Virus record (IMG/VR): IMGVR_UViG_3300023179_000011
Span: 32,001-96,000 of that record
DNA: 64,000 bases
From: a virus
Direction: 5' to 3' (one strand)
The notes beneath the pieces were generated by a model, which searched no databases, was not told where the DNA came from, and was given only the letters and a program-made list of their open reading frames with translations. Below, piece after piece: positions 8,125 through 16,848 of the stretch. A program made the translations under genes and the position numbers. The first letter of the stretch is position 1, and each line of letters begins with the position of its first letter.

Positions 8125-9277
8125 AAGCGTTTAAAAGTGTCATCACGTTCGATTTGAAGGTGCCTGAAATTGTGTGAGCTGTGCCGCTGTGGCTATTCAC
8201 ATATGGCGCAAAAGAAGGTTGAACGTGATTGTCGATAAGGACAGCGTGAAAATTCGACGCGCACTCGCTGGCCTGAAGTGCGCACCGTGACTGAAGAAAC
8301 AAATGTAGGCCGCGCATAACGTCGCCTATAAGCAACACTACACCGTTTTGTGTTGCACATACCTGACGTACTTGCTCGGTAAAAACCAGCAAATCGACAT
8401 ACGTGGCGGCGCCAAAAGCAGCGCCGATCTCTGCGCCCGGCCCGTCCGGGTAGACGTGCCCGGCCATCTCGCCCAACTCTACGTGCACTGTAGCGGGTAC
8501 GCCAAGCGTGTATGCCGAATGCAGCAAGCTACGGTCTTTTTCTGCTCGCGGTGAGTACGCCCAGCGGCCGACAGCCTCGCCGTAACCGAGTCCCTGATTC
8601 GCGGCCAAGCGCGCCACATAATTCAGGTCGTGCGTCAGGCCCCGTTCAGAGACGCGAATGTCCGCTACAAGTCCGGCGCCTGTTGTGGCAATCGCTGTCA
8701 CATACTTCTTTCGCAGCAACTCTATGGCCGTAATACCCGCGCCCGCATGAATCGCCGGCGCTGATATAAACAACAAAACAGGCGTGTCGCCGCTGCGCGC
8801 GGTGTGAATAAGACTTGCGACGTCAGTGTGTGCGGCGGCGATCAAACCGGGTTTATCTTCTACAAGAGGCGGCATTGCGTCACATGGCGGCGTCACCGCC
8901 CTCAGCGTGTCGAAAACAGGAAACGAGCTGCGCAGCTGCGCCGGGAGCGTTAAAGGACCAGCGTGTTCCACAGCGGAGCCGCGCAACATCGGACCGCTGC
9001 CCCAGAGCAACCAATCAGCGCTGACGTGCGTATGGCTAAGCACCTGCGCCAACAACTGCGCCGAGACGGAGTACTGGCGCTTGAATACTTTGCCAAGATG
9101 CGTCGAATCTAGCTCGATGGCTCTGGCAAACGCTGGGATATTGTTATCAAAGAGCGTTGCGCATATGTACTCAAGTCTCTGCACCCACGGCTGGTCCGAG
9201 TGCACAATTTTCCGCCTGTTCTCGTCGCGCTTCTGCCGCTGCAATTCGCTGAGGTGACTGCTTTTTCTTCTTGGCAT
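8075..9277 (-). CDS. XRE-like HTH fused to a deoxyhypusine-synthase-like (GSU2086-type) domain
   Basis: N-terminus IPAFARAIELDSTHLGKVF...VSADWLLWGSGPM is a Cro/CI-type HTH. C-terminus YVTAIATTGAGLVADI, GLGYGEAVGR, SLLHSAYTLGVPATVHVELG, DLLVF...GVVLLIG follows the DHS-like pattern. Confidence 0.65.
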   Translation of the reverse strand: MPRRKSSHLSELQRQKRDENRRKIVHSDQPWVQRLEYICATLFDNNIPAFARAIELDSTHLGKVFKRQYSVSAQLLAQVLSHTHVSADWLLWGSGPMLRGSAVEHAGPLTLPAQLRSSFPVFDTLRAVTPPCDAMPPLVEDKPGLIAAAHTDVASLIHTARSGDTPVLLFISAPAIHAGAGITAIELLRKKYVTAIATTGAGLVADIRVSERGLTHDLNYVARLAANQGLGYGEAVGRWAYSPRAEKDRSLLHSAYTLGVPATVHVELGEMAGHVYPDGPGAEIGAAFGAATYVDLLVFTEQVRQVCATQNGVVLLIGDVMRGLHLFLQSRCALQASECASNFHAVLIDNHVQPSFAPYVNSHSGTAHTISGTFKSNVMTLLNACDGVFSGQITKTVCSA

Positions 9278-10268
9278 TTTCTGCCTTTCGTTTCTGCTGC
9301 GTAACTAACCGGCGCCCGGCTTTTCTTAAAATACCGGTGCCAGCAAGCAAGCGCATCCCGTGTACAGCGCGCAACACAGCGGCCACAAGCTCATCATATC
9401 CATCCAGCAATTGCATCGGGTAGCGATTGAACTCGCCAAACAGATAGAAGAACTCCGTGTCAGGCTGCTCGTGACAATCGGAAACTTTGACAGACTTCAG
9501 ATACGTTACCCGACTACCGCGCACACGGACCGCCGGTAGTTTTGTCTTAGGCGCGTGCAAGAAAAACTGCCGAGCCTCAATAAACCATCCGTTGTCGTGC
9601 GGAACTACGGCAAGCCGCCAAAGAGAGCCGAGTGTATTACGATTTAATTGTTTAGTGAGTTTGCTGTAAGCGTCGCGCTCTTTTTGTATTTCACCCCACA
9701 GTAGCCGCTCATATGTGCGCACTACGTCCAGCCCGCAACCAATTCGCGGATCCCAATCTGGCGCAGCAATAAATCGAGACGTCACACGACACGTCGCGAT
9801 AAGTTTTGTGTCCTTATTGTGCCGGCCGATTGCCCGCAGTTTGTTTTTTACGCTGCGATACTGCGCAGCCGTGATCCGGGCGTAGCAAAACGGACACACA
9901 TGCGATCGGTTGCACGGGCGAAAAACCGCTGCGTTTTTCCAGCGAAAAAACATATAGGTCGGTCGGCAAAACAGACAACGCTGAAAAGACAGCCGAAAGT
10001 TTTTGAAATCAAAATCAGGCGCGTATGGATCTGTACCGCGACCGACGGGAAACCACAGCGCACGGATCGCCAACTCTTTTAGCTTGAGCACCCACCGCTG
10101 CCGCACCGTGTTTGTGCGGCCGACTACAGCGTCGTGAGTCTTTGCGCCTGCAAGCCCCAGCACAAACTGCTGCGCGAACACGTGCGCCATTCGCACGCTG
10201 ACGCGATGCACACGCCATTTTTTTATCTGATATCGCCGGATGAATTCGGCAAAATCTATCAGCGCCAT
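9171..10268 (-). CDS. Rolling-circle Rep (Rep_1/HUH)-like protein with the HUH motif lost
   Basis: CNRSHVCPFC resembles CxxRLCPxC; GSLWRLAVVPHDNGWFIEAR aligns with GxxRxxEVT...NGWHPHxH; AVHGMRLLAGTGILRK aligns with ALxGRRLISxGGLLK. Start taken at MALIDF. Confidence 0.5.
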   Translation of the reverse strand: MALIDFAEFIRRYQIKKWRVHRVSVRMAHVFAQQFVLGLAGAKTHDAVVGRTNTVRQRWVLKLKELAIRALWFPVGRGTDPYAPDFDFKNFRLSFQRCLFCRPTYMFFRWKNAAVFRPCNRSHVCPFCYARITAAQYRSVKNKLRAIGRHNKDTKLIATCRVTSRFIAAPDWDPRIGCGLDVVRTYERLLWGEIQKERDAYSKLTKQLNRNTLGSLWRLAVVPHDNGWFIEARQFFLHAPKTKLPAVRVRGSRVTYLKSVKVSDCHEQPDTEFFYLFGEFNRYPMQLLDGYDELVAAVLRAVHGMRLLAGTGILRKAGRRLVTQQKRKAENAKKKKQSPQRIAAAEARREQAENCALGPAVGAET

Positions 10269-10372
10269 TTTACTTCTTTTTCTTTGGACATTCCTTGTAG
10301 CCGCACACAGAGCATTTGCCCCACTGCCCGACACGGTTCTGATCGCAACTGCTGCACCAAAACGTGCCGCGC

Positions 10373-10864
10373 TTAGGTCGCTGCGCCTTCTGCCGGTTGT
10401 TCAGGGTCTTGTCGTTTCGCATGCTCTGGCTCTGCCGCGTCTAACAAATCACGAAGTACTGTACGCATCGCGGGAGTTATTGCCACGGTTTTTGACATAT
10501 CTGAGAACTCACCCGGCGTTTCAGCGGCTTCCTTAATCGTCGCCCGCTCCGAGTCGGTGAGCGTGGGCGGCAAATAACAAGCCTGTACGTGCTCCAAAAA
10601 GTGCTGCCACGCGTTATCTGTACCGGGCGGCATTGTGGTGTTTTTGCACAGAACAGGTTCGTGTTGCGCAATATACGGGCGCATGCCGTCAATAATCGCA
10701 ATAGCCGCTTTAATTGTCGTGCTTATTTCGTAACTATCCGCTTCGGGCGGCGGGCCGGGGTGCCGCATAGTGTCCATAAAGCCTTTGTGTGCCCGCCACA
10801 ACAGATTGCGAGCGACTGAAATTAAATGCCGAGCGTCGGGGTGTGCGTGATTGTTTTCACTCAT
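10373..10864 (-). CDS. Hypothetical protein
   Basis: 163-aa ORF. Confidence 0.7.
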   Translation of the reverse strand: MSENNHAHPDARHLISVARNLLWRAHKGFMDTMRHPGPPPEADSYEISTTIKAAIAIIDGMRPYIAQHEPVLCKNTTMPPGTDNAWQHFLEHVQACYLPPTLTDSERATIKEAAETPGEFSDMSKTVAITPAMRTVLRDLLDAAEPEHAKRQDPEQPAEGAAT

Positions 10865-11115
10865 TTTGTTGTCACTATTTCGCCGCTAGAGTAATCGCCG
10901 CCTGTCGTCACGGTTTTTGTTAACACCTGCACCTTTGGCTTCGGCGGAATACGACCGAACCAAATGCCGCAGCCGAACAGGCAAAGCCGCATAGCCGGGG
11001 CAGACGATACGCCAATGTGCAGTACATAACCCAGCCCCATCCATTCAAATCTAGCGCCCCAACGCCGCGTCGTATCAAAGTGCGTTGTTGTAACAGTCCA
11101 TGCGTTTGCAGTCAT
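10861..11115 (-). CDS. Hypothetical protein
   Basis: 84-aa ORF with a 4-nt stop/start overlap. Confidence 0.6.
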   Translation of the reverse strand: MTANAWTVTTTHFDTTRRWGARFEWMGLGYVLHIGVSSAPAMRLCLFGCGIWFGRIPPKPKVQVLTKTVTTGGDYSSGEIVTTK

Positions 11116-11118
11116 TGC

Positions 11119-11307
11119 TTATACCTTTTTACGTTTTCGTGGGGGTTTGACGGCTGCGTACATTTGATCGATCAGGTCGTGCACCATCGGGTCGCAGTCG
11201 ACGTAGCGATACGGTACGCAGCGTGTGTTTTTCAGAAACTTGCGGACGAGCGTTTTCAGTTGACGCAGCTCTTCTTTTGCGCTGTGCATGTCACGCGTCT
11301 CCAACAA
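11119..11307 (-). CDS. Hypothetical protein
   Basis: 62-aa ORF in a tightly packed array. Confidence 0.6.
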   Translation of the reverse strand: MLETRDMHSAKEELRQLKTLVRKFLKNTRCVPYRYVDCDPMVHDLIDQMYAAVKPPRKRKKV

Positions 11308-11593
11308 TTTCTACGGATATTTGCTTTCTTCTTGTTTCCCGCTCTAGCCACGCGCGCTCTTTCTCAAGATGGCGCTTGGCCGCGTCAATCGAATCAAACG
11401 TCATGGGGCTTCCCGTGACCGAGCCGCTATAGTGCTCGCACAGCCGTTTTAAATAACAAGTCCACCAGCCCCAGCGATACGCAATCTTCCACCACTCTTC
11501 GCCGTTGCCGTCCGTGAACTTGACGAAAAAGTATTTTCTTGTCGGGCAGTAGTCGGTCCACAGGTAAGACTTTTCACCCGTCACGACGTACAT
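11291..11593 (-). CDS. Hypothetical Trp-rich protein
   Basis: 100-aa ORF. Confidence 0.6.
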   Translation of the reverse strand: MYVVTGEKSYLWTDYCPTRKYFFVKFTDGNGEEWWKIAYRWGWWTCYLKRLCEHYSGSVTGSPMTFDSIDAAKRHLEKERAWLERETRRKQISVEIVGDA

Positions 11594-11910
11594 TGATTGT
11601 CTCCAAGTTTTTTCAGCAGGCCGCGAAGCGTAGCGGCATGAGACTCAAAAAAGGCTTTTCGCGCCACCGAAACAACCTCTAACGCCCAGTCTGCCAGCGC
11701 GTCTTCTCCGGCAATAATAGCTTCACGCTCTTTGTCAGTAATTGGCGCGTCTATCTGAACAATCACTTTACCGCAACACGCCGACAACGTGGCGTCCTGC
11801 GCCGCAAGGCGGCGGATGGCTTCCGTAAGTCTGGCGATCTCGGCCCGCTGATCTTGAATAATCTGGTCGGCCTGCTCCCAAGACATAATCGCAGCATTCG
11901 GGTCAAGCAT
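11581..11910 (-). CDS. Hypothetical phage protein
   Basis: 109-aa ORF with a coiled-coil N-terminus. Confidence 0.65.
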   Translation of the reverse strand: MLDPNAAIMSWEQADQIIQDQRAEIARLTEAIRRLAAQDATLSACCGKVIVQIDAPITDKEREAIIAGEDALADWALEVVSVARKAFFESHAATLRGLLKKLGDNQCTS

Positions 11911-11999
11911 TGTTCACCTGTCGTATCCGCGAAAGTAAAAATAGATAAACGCAATCGCGATAGCCGCACCGCAAATCTCAGATAGCCAGCTATACATAA

Positions 12000-12341
12000 T
12001 CACGACGCCTCCTTCACAAAAATCCCTTCGGGTGTCAACGTGCCTTTGCGGTCTTTGATCTGCTCGTACGCCATCGCGAGGCAGTAGTCCATCGTGATGC
12101 CGTGCAGCTCGCAATACAGAATGAGCGTCACGAGCACGTCGCCCACGCCGTCGACGATCGCGGTGTCGTCGCGCTTGAGCGTGGCGTCAGCTAGCTCCCC
12201 TAGCTCCGACATTGTTTTCATTAGCTGCGCTGTCGGATTGCTGTTCGGGATAATTCGGCGCTCCCGGGCCCACTGCACCACGCGCTCCTGCAGTGTCGAA
12301 AACGTCGGAGCCTCTTGCGCCAATTCTTGTGTTTGCGTCAT
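12000..12341 (-). CDS. mazG: MazG-like nucleotide pyrophosphohydrolase
   Basis: QLMKTMSELGELADA...IVDGVGDVLVTLI...CLAMAYEQIKDRKG...GIFVKE is the phage MazG-like pattern; GGAG SD. Confidence 0.88.
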   Translation of the reverse strand: MTQTQELAQEAPTFSTLQERVVQWARERRIIPNSNPTAQLMKTMSELGELADATLKRDDTAIVDGVGDVLVTLILYCELHGITMDYCLAMAYEQIKDRKGTLTPEGIFVKEAS

Positions 12342-12636
12342 TGCCTTTTAACTCCATGATTTCTTTCGTTAAGGTTTCGACCTGCGCCTCAAGCTGTTTG
12401 ATGCGCTTTCTAAATTGAACTTCAGATGGGTCGTCGTGCAGGCCCCAATCCTGTTCGTGAACTGATAACAAATCGAGCGCGTACAGCCGCAGCTGCTTGC
12501 GCGTGTCTTCACGCTCTTGGCGCAACAAATTAAGCAGCGCGAGCACAGTCCGCATTTCTTGCGGAGTCAGCTCGCCCATCGCCAACCGTATCGCCTGCCT
12601 GTCGCCGGCCCAGATAGCGCTTAAATCAGTCGGCAC
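12187..12636 (-). CDS. Hypothetical coiled-coil protein; its C-terminal tail overlaps mazG
   Basis: 149-aa ORF; the last ~50 codons overlap mazG in another frame. Confidence 0.55.
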   Translation of the reverse strand: MPTDLSAIWAGDRQAIRLAMGELTPQEMRTVLALLNLLRQEREDTRKQLRLYALDLLSVHEQDWGLHDDPSEVQFRKRIKQLEAQVETLTKEIMELKGNDANTRIGARGSDVFDTAGARGAVGPGAPNYPEQQSDSAANENNVGARGAS

Positions 12637-12862
12637 GAAAATACTCCAAAGCCGTTTCCAGTTCGTCGTTTTTTGTACCTTCGGGCGCTAGGTACTGACG
12701 CCCCACGCTACGCACAGCAGAATCAATCAAACCAGCTCGCCGTTTAATAGAGGCAAGCTTGTCACGAACCGCTGATAACTCAGCTCTCAGTTTCTTCAAT
12801 TTGCGCAGTTTCTTTTTCTGCGCTAGCTCCCTAGCTTTCTTTTTCTTGACTTTCTTGGCCAC
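12626..12862 (-). CDS. Small Lys-rich basic protein
   Basis: GTG start at 12862 after AGGAG: VAKKVKKKKARELAQKKKLRKLKK... Confidence 0.55.
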   Translation of the reverse strand: MAKKVKKKKARELAQKKKLRKLKKLRAELSAVRDKLASIKRRAGLIDSAVRSVGRQYLAPEGTKNDELETALEYFRAD

Positions 12863-13298
12863 TGATCTGCTCCTGCAATTTTGCAATTCGAGCACGCACG
12901 AACTCCATAGCCTGCTCGACGCTTTCAACTTCAATAAAGGGAAGCTTGGACTGTAGGTGCTCCCACTTGGTTGCACCCACGCCGGCGACATTAATCTCGC
13001 CCGGCTCTTGGTTGGCGAACTCTTCCATCAGCGCCACAGCTGTTGCGGCGTCACGAGACGGAAACACCAGAATTTTGTTATCGACGTCTGAAAAAAACTT
13101 AACGCCGGTACGGTCGCAAATGACGTACCGAACGGCCGACTCGCCGGTGTCGATATAACTCATGGCTCGCTGCGGCGCGACATAGTTTTCGCGGTTCTGT
13201 GGTGCGTCAGGGCTGTGACACGTTTTAAACTTTTTGCCGCTGCCGCACGGGCACCTGTCATTACGGCGGATAATGCTATTATTGTGAATCGTGCTCAC
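12831..13298 (-). CDS. SEC-C zinc-binding motif protein
   Basis: RNDRCPCGSGKKFKTCH at the N-terminus. Confidence 0.85.
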   Translation of the reverse strand: MSTIHNNSIIRRNDRCPCGSGKKFKTCHSPDAPQNRENYVAPQRAMSYIDTGESAVRYVICDRTGVKFFSDVDNKILVFPSRDAATAVALMEEFANQEPGEINVAGVGATKWEHLQSKLPFIEVESVEQAMEFVRARIAKLQEQISGQESQEKES

Positions 13299-13584
13299 GA
13301 AAAACCTCCGTGTCGCCGTTGAGCTGAATTAAACGCCGGCCAGCTATACCGGGTTGGGCCATTGTCTCTTTTTCTTTAGACGGTGCAAGACGCAGCCAGT
13401 TCAACCGAAACTCTTCAATCGTGACCTCTTCTCGCGGCAGCAACAGGTCGAGCGACATGCGCGTTTGTCGAGCGCTGACGTCGTAGTTCATTGCCACGCC
13501 AATAACGTGAGCATTGAACAATAGCGCTATACCTTCCTGAAGCTGCGCTAGCGGGTCCGGGTTTGACTCGAACGGCGTCCTCAC
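13279..13584 (-). CDS. Hypothetical protein
   Basis: 101-aa ORF. Confidence 0.6.
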   Translation of the reverse strand: MRTPFESNPDPLAQLQEGIALLFNAHVIGVAMNYDVSARQTRMSLDLLLPREEVTIEEFRLNWLRLAPSKEKETMAQPGIAGRRLIQLNGDTEVFREHDSQ

Positions 13585-13871
13585 GGCTCTACCGTTACCT
13601 GCGCGTTGGTCATGATCAGCCCGGCGCGCATGGTTGATAGTCCGTGGATCGTCACGCGCTCGCCGATCACGAGAGTCGTCCCCTGCTTGACTGCCAGCCG
13701 CTCAGGATTCGCCTCGTCCGGCTGTATCATTTTGGGAAGCCCCGCCGCAAAAACGGTCGGCGTGCTTGTCGGCGCTGGTTTCTCGATTGGAATCGTCACT
13801 ACGCCGGGCGTTGTCATTGTTGAGACCTCGGTTGAAAAAGACGTGAAAGCATAACCGGCCGGGAGGGCCAT
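13581..13871 (-). CDS. Hypothetical protein
   Basis: 96-aa ORF; first gene after a large non-coding gap. Confidence 0.55.
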   Translation of the reverse strand: MALPAGYAFTSFSTEVSTMTTPGVVTIPIEKPAPTSTPTVFAAGLPKMIQPDEANPERLAVKQGTTLVIGERVTIHGLSTMRAGLIMTNAQVTVEP

Positions 13872-14256
13872 ACAACGTATCGTTAGAAGGAAACGGGCTG
13901 TCGGGGTGGTCTGAATTTTTAGCGGAAAACTGATGAACCGTGTGAAACGTGTTTTGGTTGTCAGACATGCTGCACTCGTGTGGCGCGGATTATGTTGTCA
14001 TAATCCACGATTTGCCAAATGTAGGGGGGTAAATTGGGTCAAAAATTGCGCGTATCTCCTTGAAATTACGGGACTTACGCGCAGCGCTGTGATCAATTGT
14101 TGTCCGAATTGTGTGGACCTAGAGTAAGTCCTTCGGACTTACAAGGACGCTTTTTTTTGATTATGTAGGCATCATTTTGGATGGCTACTGCATGATCGGG
14201 GGGTTGTTCAATTTACGTTGGGCAAAATAGGTAATTTGCCCTAACGTTTGGATAGC
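13872..14256. promoter_or_regulatory. Non-coding control region with several palindromes
   Basis: GGATTATG-N4-CATAATCC (13987-14006); GTAAGTCC-TTC-GGACTTAC (14124-14142) followed by a T8 run; CGTTGGGCAAA...TTTGCCCTAACG (about 14216-14246). A minus-strand TTGGCA-N18-CATAAT overlaps the first palindrome. Confidence 0.5.
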
Positions 14257-14310
14257 AAAAAAAGAGATTGCGTAGGGGCGGGTTTTTGCCCGCCCCTACG
14301 CGTAATCTCT
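14257..14310 (-). terminator. Intrinsic terminator with a GTAG-REP-like stem
   Basis: 13-bp perfect stem GCGTAGGGGCGGG/CCCGCCCCTACGC, extended by AGAGATT/AATCTCT, followed by a U-run on minus, just after the stop at 14317. Confidence 0.8.
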
Positions 14311-14316
14311 GTCGTT

Positions 14317-15483
14317 TTACTTATTGCCGCGGTCGCGCTTCAGAATGCTGTTGCGCTGAGATTGTCGCCCGGTACGCCTGACGTTGTTTTCGGTCAGATA
14401 CACGTCCAGATCTACGCCAATGACGTTTTCAATGGCAATAGCGGGCTGGTACGTGCTCTTTCCCTTTTCGTCACGGGGAAACGCAGTCGGATTTCCACGC
14501 ATGTAGATTTCAATCGCACCAAGAAGCTTGACCACGCATTCAAAGTGCTCCTTACGTGCGCCGCCTTCGCGCTCGTTAAGAACCCACTCTGCGTACCCAA
14601 TCGGGTCGCGCTTCTTGCCGTTTTTCATTCCGCAGTTGCCGTCCTGCATCTTTTCAAAGAAAGACGACACAGCGTCGGCGCCGTACTTCTTTGCAGACAG
14701 CAAGTAAGCCGTCAGCAGCGGAGACCTGAAGAGCATTGTGGTGCCCCGCTTGGCGCCGGGGTTCAGCCCGTCAAGCGCGGTCAGTTCGTCCTTGAACGCC
14801 GCGACGTAATCGATCGCGGTGGCACGGCTGACAGGCGCAAGCTCAGTAGCCAGCGCCTGCAACCGCCGCTGCGAACTCTGCCGGTAGCACGACAGCATGA
14901 TTTCGTAGGCGTAGGAAAGCGGCGTCGGAAGTCCGACTGAGCGCTGCAGCAGGGGCGACGTCATCGGGATTTTGTGATAGGTCAGCGCGCCGTGAATCAG
15001 GTCTGCAGACGTATTCACAGCCTCGCGGCTGTCGTGCATCAGGCAGAGCTGACCCGCGTGCTCAGCATCACGCACCGGGATAACCGTAACGCATACGCGC
15101 TCCGGGATTACGTCCGAAAATCCGCCCAGCCACACTTCGGGGCGTGTGTGTCCGGTAATCTTCCACTGATTACCGTGCTGGTCTTCACCCATGCGAACCT
15201 CTTCGTGGAGGTTTGGCACAAACTTGTGCAGATGCTTCGCCTTGGATGCGCGAAGAACCTGATCACGCGGCTGCCGCGGATTAGCCGGTACGGCGTGCCA
15301 CTGCGCTACCGACATGTAGCGCACTTCCTTCTTGCGGGTGCCGATCTTAGGCGGCTTCGGCCGCAGCTGCTGCTGCATCTTGATCTTGCGCGCCGCACGC
15401 CGGCTACGCTCTTCGTCGCCCGGATTGTCCGGGTTGTCCGGGTTGTCCGGGTTGTCCGGGTTGGCAATCGTTGTCTTTGACAT
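14317..15483 (-). CDS. ParB/Srx-like N-terminal domain protein (putative) with a PDN repeat
   Basis: WKITGHTRPEVW resembles the DGHxR motif, followed by LMHDSREAVNTSADLIHGAL; N-terminal (PDN)4. Confidence 0.45.
   Translation of the reverse strand: MSKTTIANPDNPDNPDNPDNPGDEERSRRAARKIKMQQQLRPKPPKIGTRKKEVRYMSVAQWHAVPANPRQPRDQVLRASKAKHLHKFVPNLHEEVRMGEDQHGNQWKITGHTRPEVWLGGFSDVIPERVCVTVIPVRDAEHAGQLCLMHDSREAVNTSADLIHGALTYHKIPMTSPLLQRSVGLPTPLSYAYEIMLSCYRQSSQRRLQALATELAPVSRATAIDYVAAFKDELTALDGLNPGAKRGTTMLFRSPLLTAYLLSAKKYGADAVSSFFEKMQDGNCGMKNGKKRDPIGYAEWVLNEREGGARKEHFECVVKLLGAIEIYMRGNPTAFPRDEKGKSTYQPAIAIENVIGVDLDVYLTENNVRRTGRQSQRNSILKRDRGNK
15420..15464. repeat. 9-bp in-frame tandem repeat (CCGGGTTGT x5) encoding (PDN)n
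   Basis: Five units read directly; first and last units each have one mismatch. Confidence 0.95.
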
Positions 15484-15497
15484 ATCAGTCCTTTAAG

Positions 15498-15842
15498 TCA
15501 GTTACCTACAGCTACTTCCGGTTCGCTGTTGTCGGGTTCTGGCGTTGCCGGTATTTCTATTTCCGGCAGCATTTCGTACAGATCCATTGCCATATCAAGA
15601 ATCATGCGTTCTGGTACGTCGGGGCCGCCATAAATAATGCAGCGCACATGCGGTTCTGCCGGCTTGCCCGCGATGTGTTCGTGCAGCATCGCAAACGTAA
15701 CGCCAAAATGCGTGTCTTCTGGCAAACTGTCAATAAGCTCTTGCGGCAGCGAGCGATTGTATTTCATTACCTCGCGAGAGATGTAATTGATCTTATCGAG
15801 CATGTCCTTGTTCAGGTACTTGTATTTTTTGGTTTCAGCCAT
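15498..15842 (-). CDS. Hypothetical protein
   Basis: 114-aa ORF. Confidence 0.7.
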   Translation of the reverse strand: MAETKKYKYLNKDMLDKINYISREVMKYNRSLPQELIDSLPEDTHFGVTFAMLHEHIAGKPAEPHVRCIIYGGPDVPERMILDMAMDLYEMLPEIEIPATPEPDNSEPEVAVGN

Positions 15843-15847
15843 TGCTG

Positions 15848-16105
15848 TTAGCGTTTACGCGCCTGTTGTGCGTTGTGAAATTTGAGGATTGCGTCAGCGG
15901 CTTGCTTAGATTCTGCGTCGCTATAGCCTTCGAGCTTAAACCGCTCCTTGACGTACCGGTGTTCAACGGACGACCTATCCGGCTCAAACGTCGCGGATTG
16001 GTGCGGCATGTTTGCCGAACCTATAAATGCGGCAATGATTCCGATAATTAACATTACGATAAATACGGGGCCAAAACCGCCGCCGGAACTGTTGTTTTGC
16101 TTCAT
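15848..16105 (-). CDS. Small single-pass membrane protein
   Basis: Hydrophobic stretch VFIVMLIIGIIAAFIG. Confidence 0.7.
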   Translation of the reverse strand: MKQNNSSGGGFGPVFIVMLIIGIIAAFIGSANMPHQSATFEPDRSSVEHRYVKERFKLEGYSDAESKQAADAILKFHNAQQARKR

Positions 16106-16404
16106 GCTTGTGCCTTTCTATGCGCTTTGTCCAGCGCGTCAATAGCTTTTGTTAGCTCTGGCATGCGCTCGTCGTCGTCGAACATGCCGTCGCCTTTTGT
16201 GTCGGACTCGTAGACCGTTCCGTCGCCGCAATCTGGATAGTCAGCGCGAAAATGGCCGTGACGTAACCGCAAATACCCCGCCTGTTCGCCGTTCTGATCA
16301 AACACGTCATATTGCTCTGGGCAGGCGCTGCACGTCATTCGCAGCGTGTAGCCTTTGATTTGCAGGTCGCAACGCTCGTCAAAGTTCGGGTCGTGCGTCG
16401 TCAT
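16102..16404 (-). CDS. Conserved hypothetical phage protein
   Basis: TCSACPEQYDVF...GYLRLRHGHFR pattern, recalled from other phages. Confidence 0.7.
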   Translation of the reverse strand: MTTHDPNFDERCDLQIKGYTLRMTCSACPEQYDVFDQNGEQAGYLRLRHGHFRADYPDCGDGTVYESDTKGDGMFDDDERMPELTKAIDALDKAHRKAQA

Positions 16405-16654
16405 TCGTTGGTCCTATGTCGCCGATGATGATGTTTGGAAACTGCTCTTGAAATTGCCGCTTCGTCCAGAAGATATCTTTATGCCCTTCGGCTGCCAGCT
16501 CCATGTCACTTTCCATCGGATAATGGCGCAAAACACGAAGCGCACGCTGTCTGATTTCTTTGGGCACTTTTGGCGTTTTCTTTGGGTCCAGCAGGTCGTA
16601 TAAGAATTCGCGCGCGTATTTAACAGCGCGGAATCTTTCGTCGGGCATAGTCAT
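16379..16654 (-). CDS. Conserved hypothetical phage protein
   Basis: MTMPDERFRAV...LLDPKKTPKVPKEIRQRALRVLRHYP, a recurrent myovirus small protein. Confidence 0.75.
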   Translation of the reverse strand: MTMPDERFRAVKYAREFLYDLLDPKKTPKVPKEIRQRALRVLRHYPMESDMELAAEGHKDIFWTKRQFQEQFPNIIIGDIGPTNDDARPEL

Positions 16655-16656
16655 TT

Positions 16657-16848
16657 TTAATCTTCTTCCTCGTCTTCGTCGTTGCGGTAATAACCTTCGC
16701 TGGCGTCTACAAGTTCCATAACGCACGCCGAGTGTTCTACGATATTTTGCTCTTCAATCCAGTCAAGTGCTTGCGGTTGATGCGCAAACGGTCCGTGAAC
16801 TGAATAACCCATTTCAGGGTTGCCAACAACTGCTACCCATCTAGGCAT
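16657..16848 (-). CDS. Hypothetical protein
   Basis: 63-aa ORF. Confidence 0.6.
   Translation of the reverse strand: MPRWVAVVGNPEMGYSVHGPFAHQPQALDWIEEQNIVEHSACVMELVDASEGYYRNDEDEEED

Noticed and set aside
14248-14940. 230-aa plus-strand ORF
   Set aside because: Antisense to 14317..15483, runs through its terminator, and has no recognisable motif.
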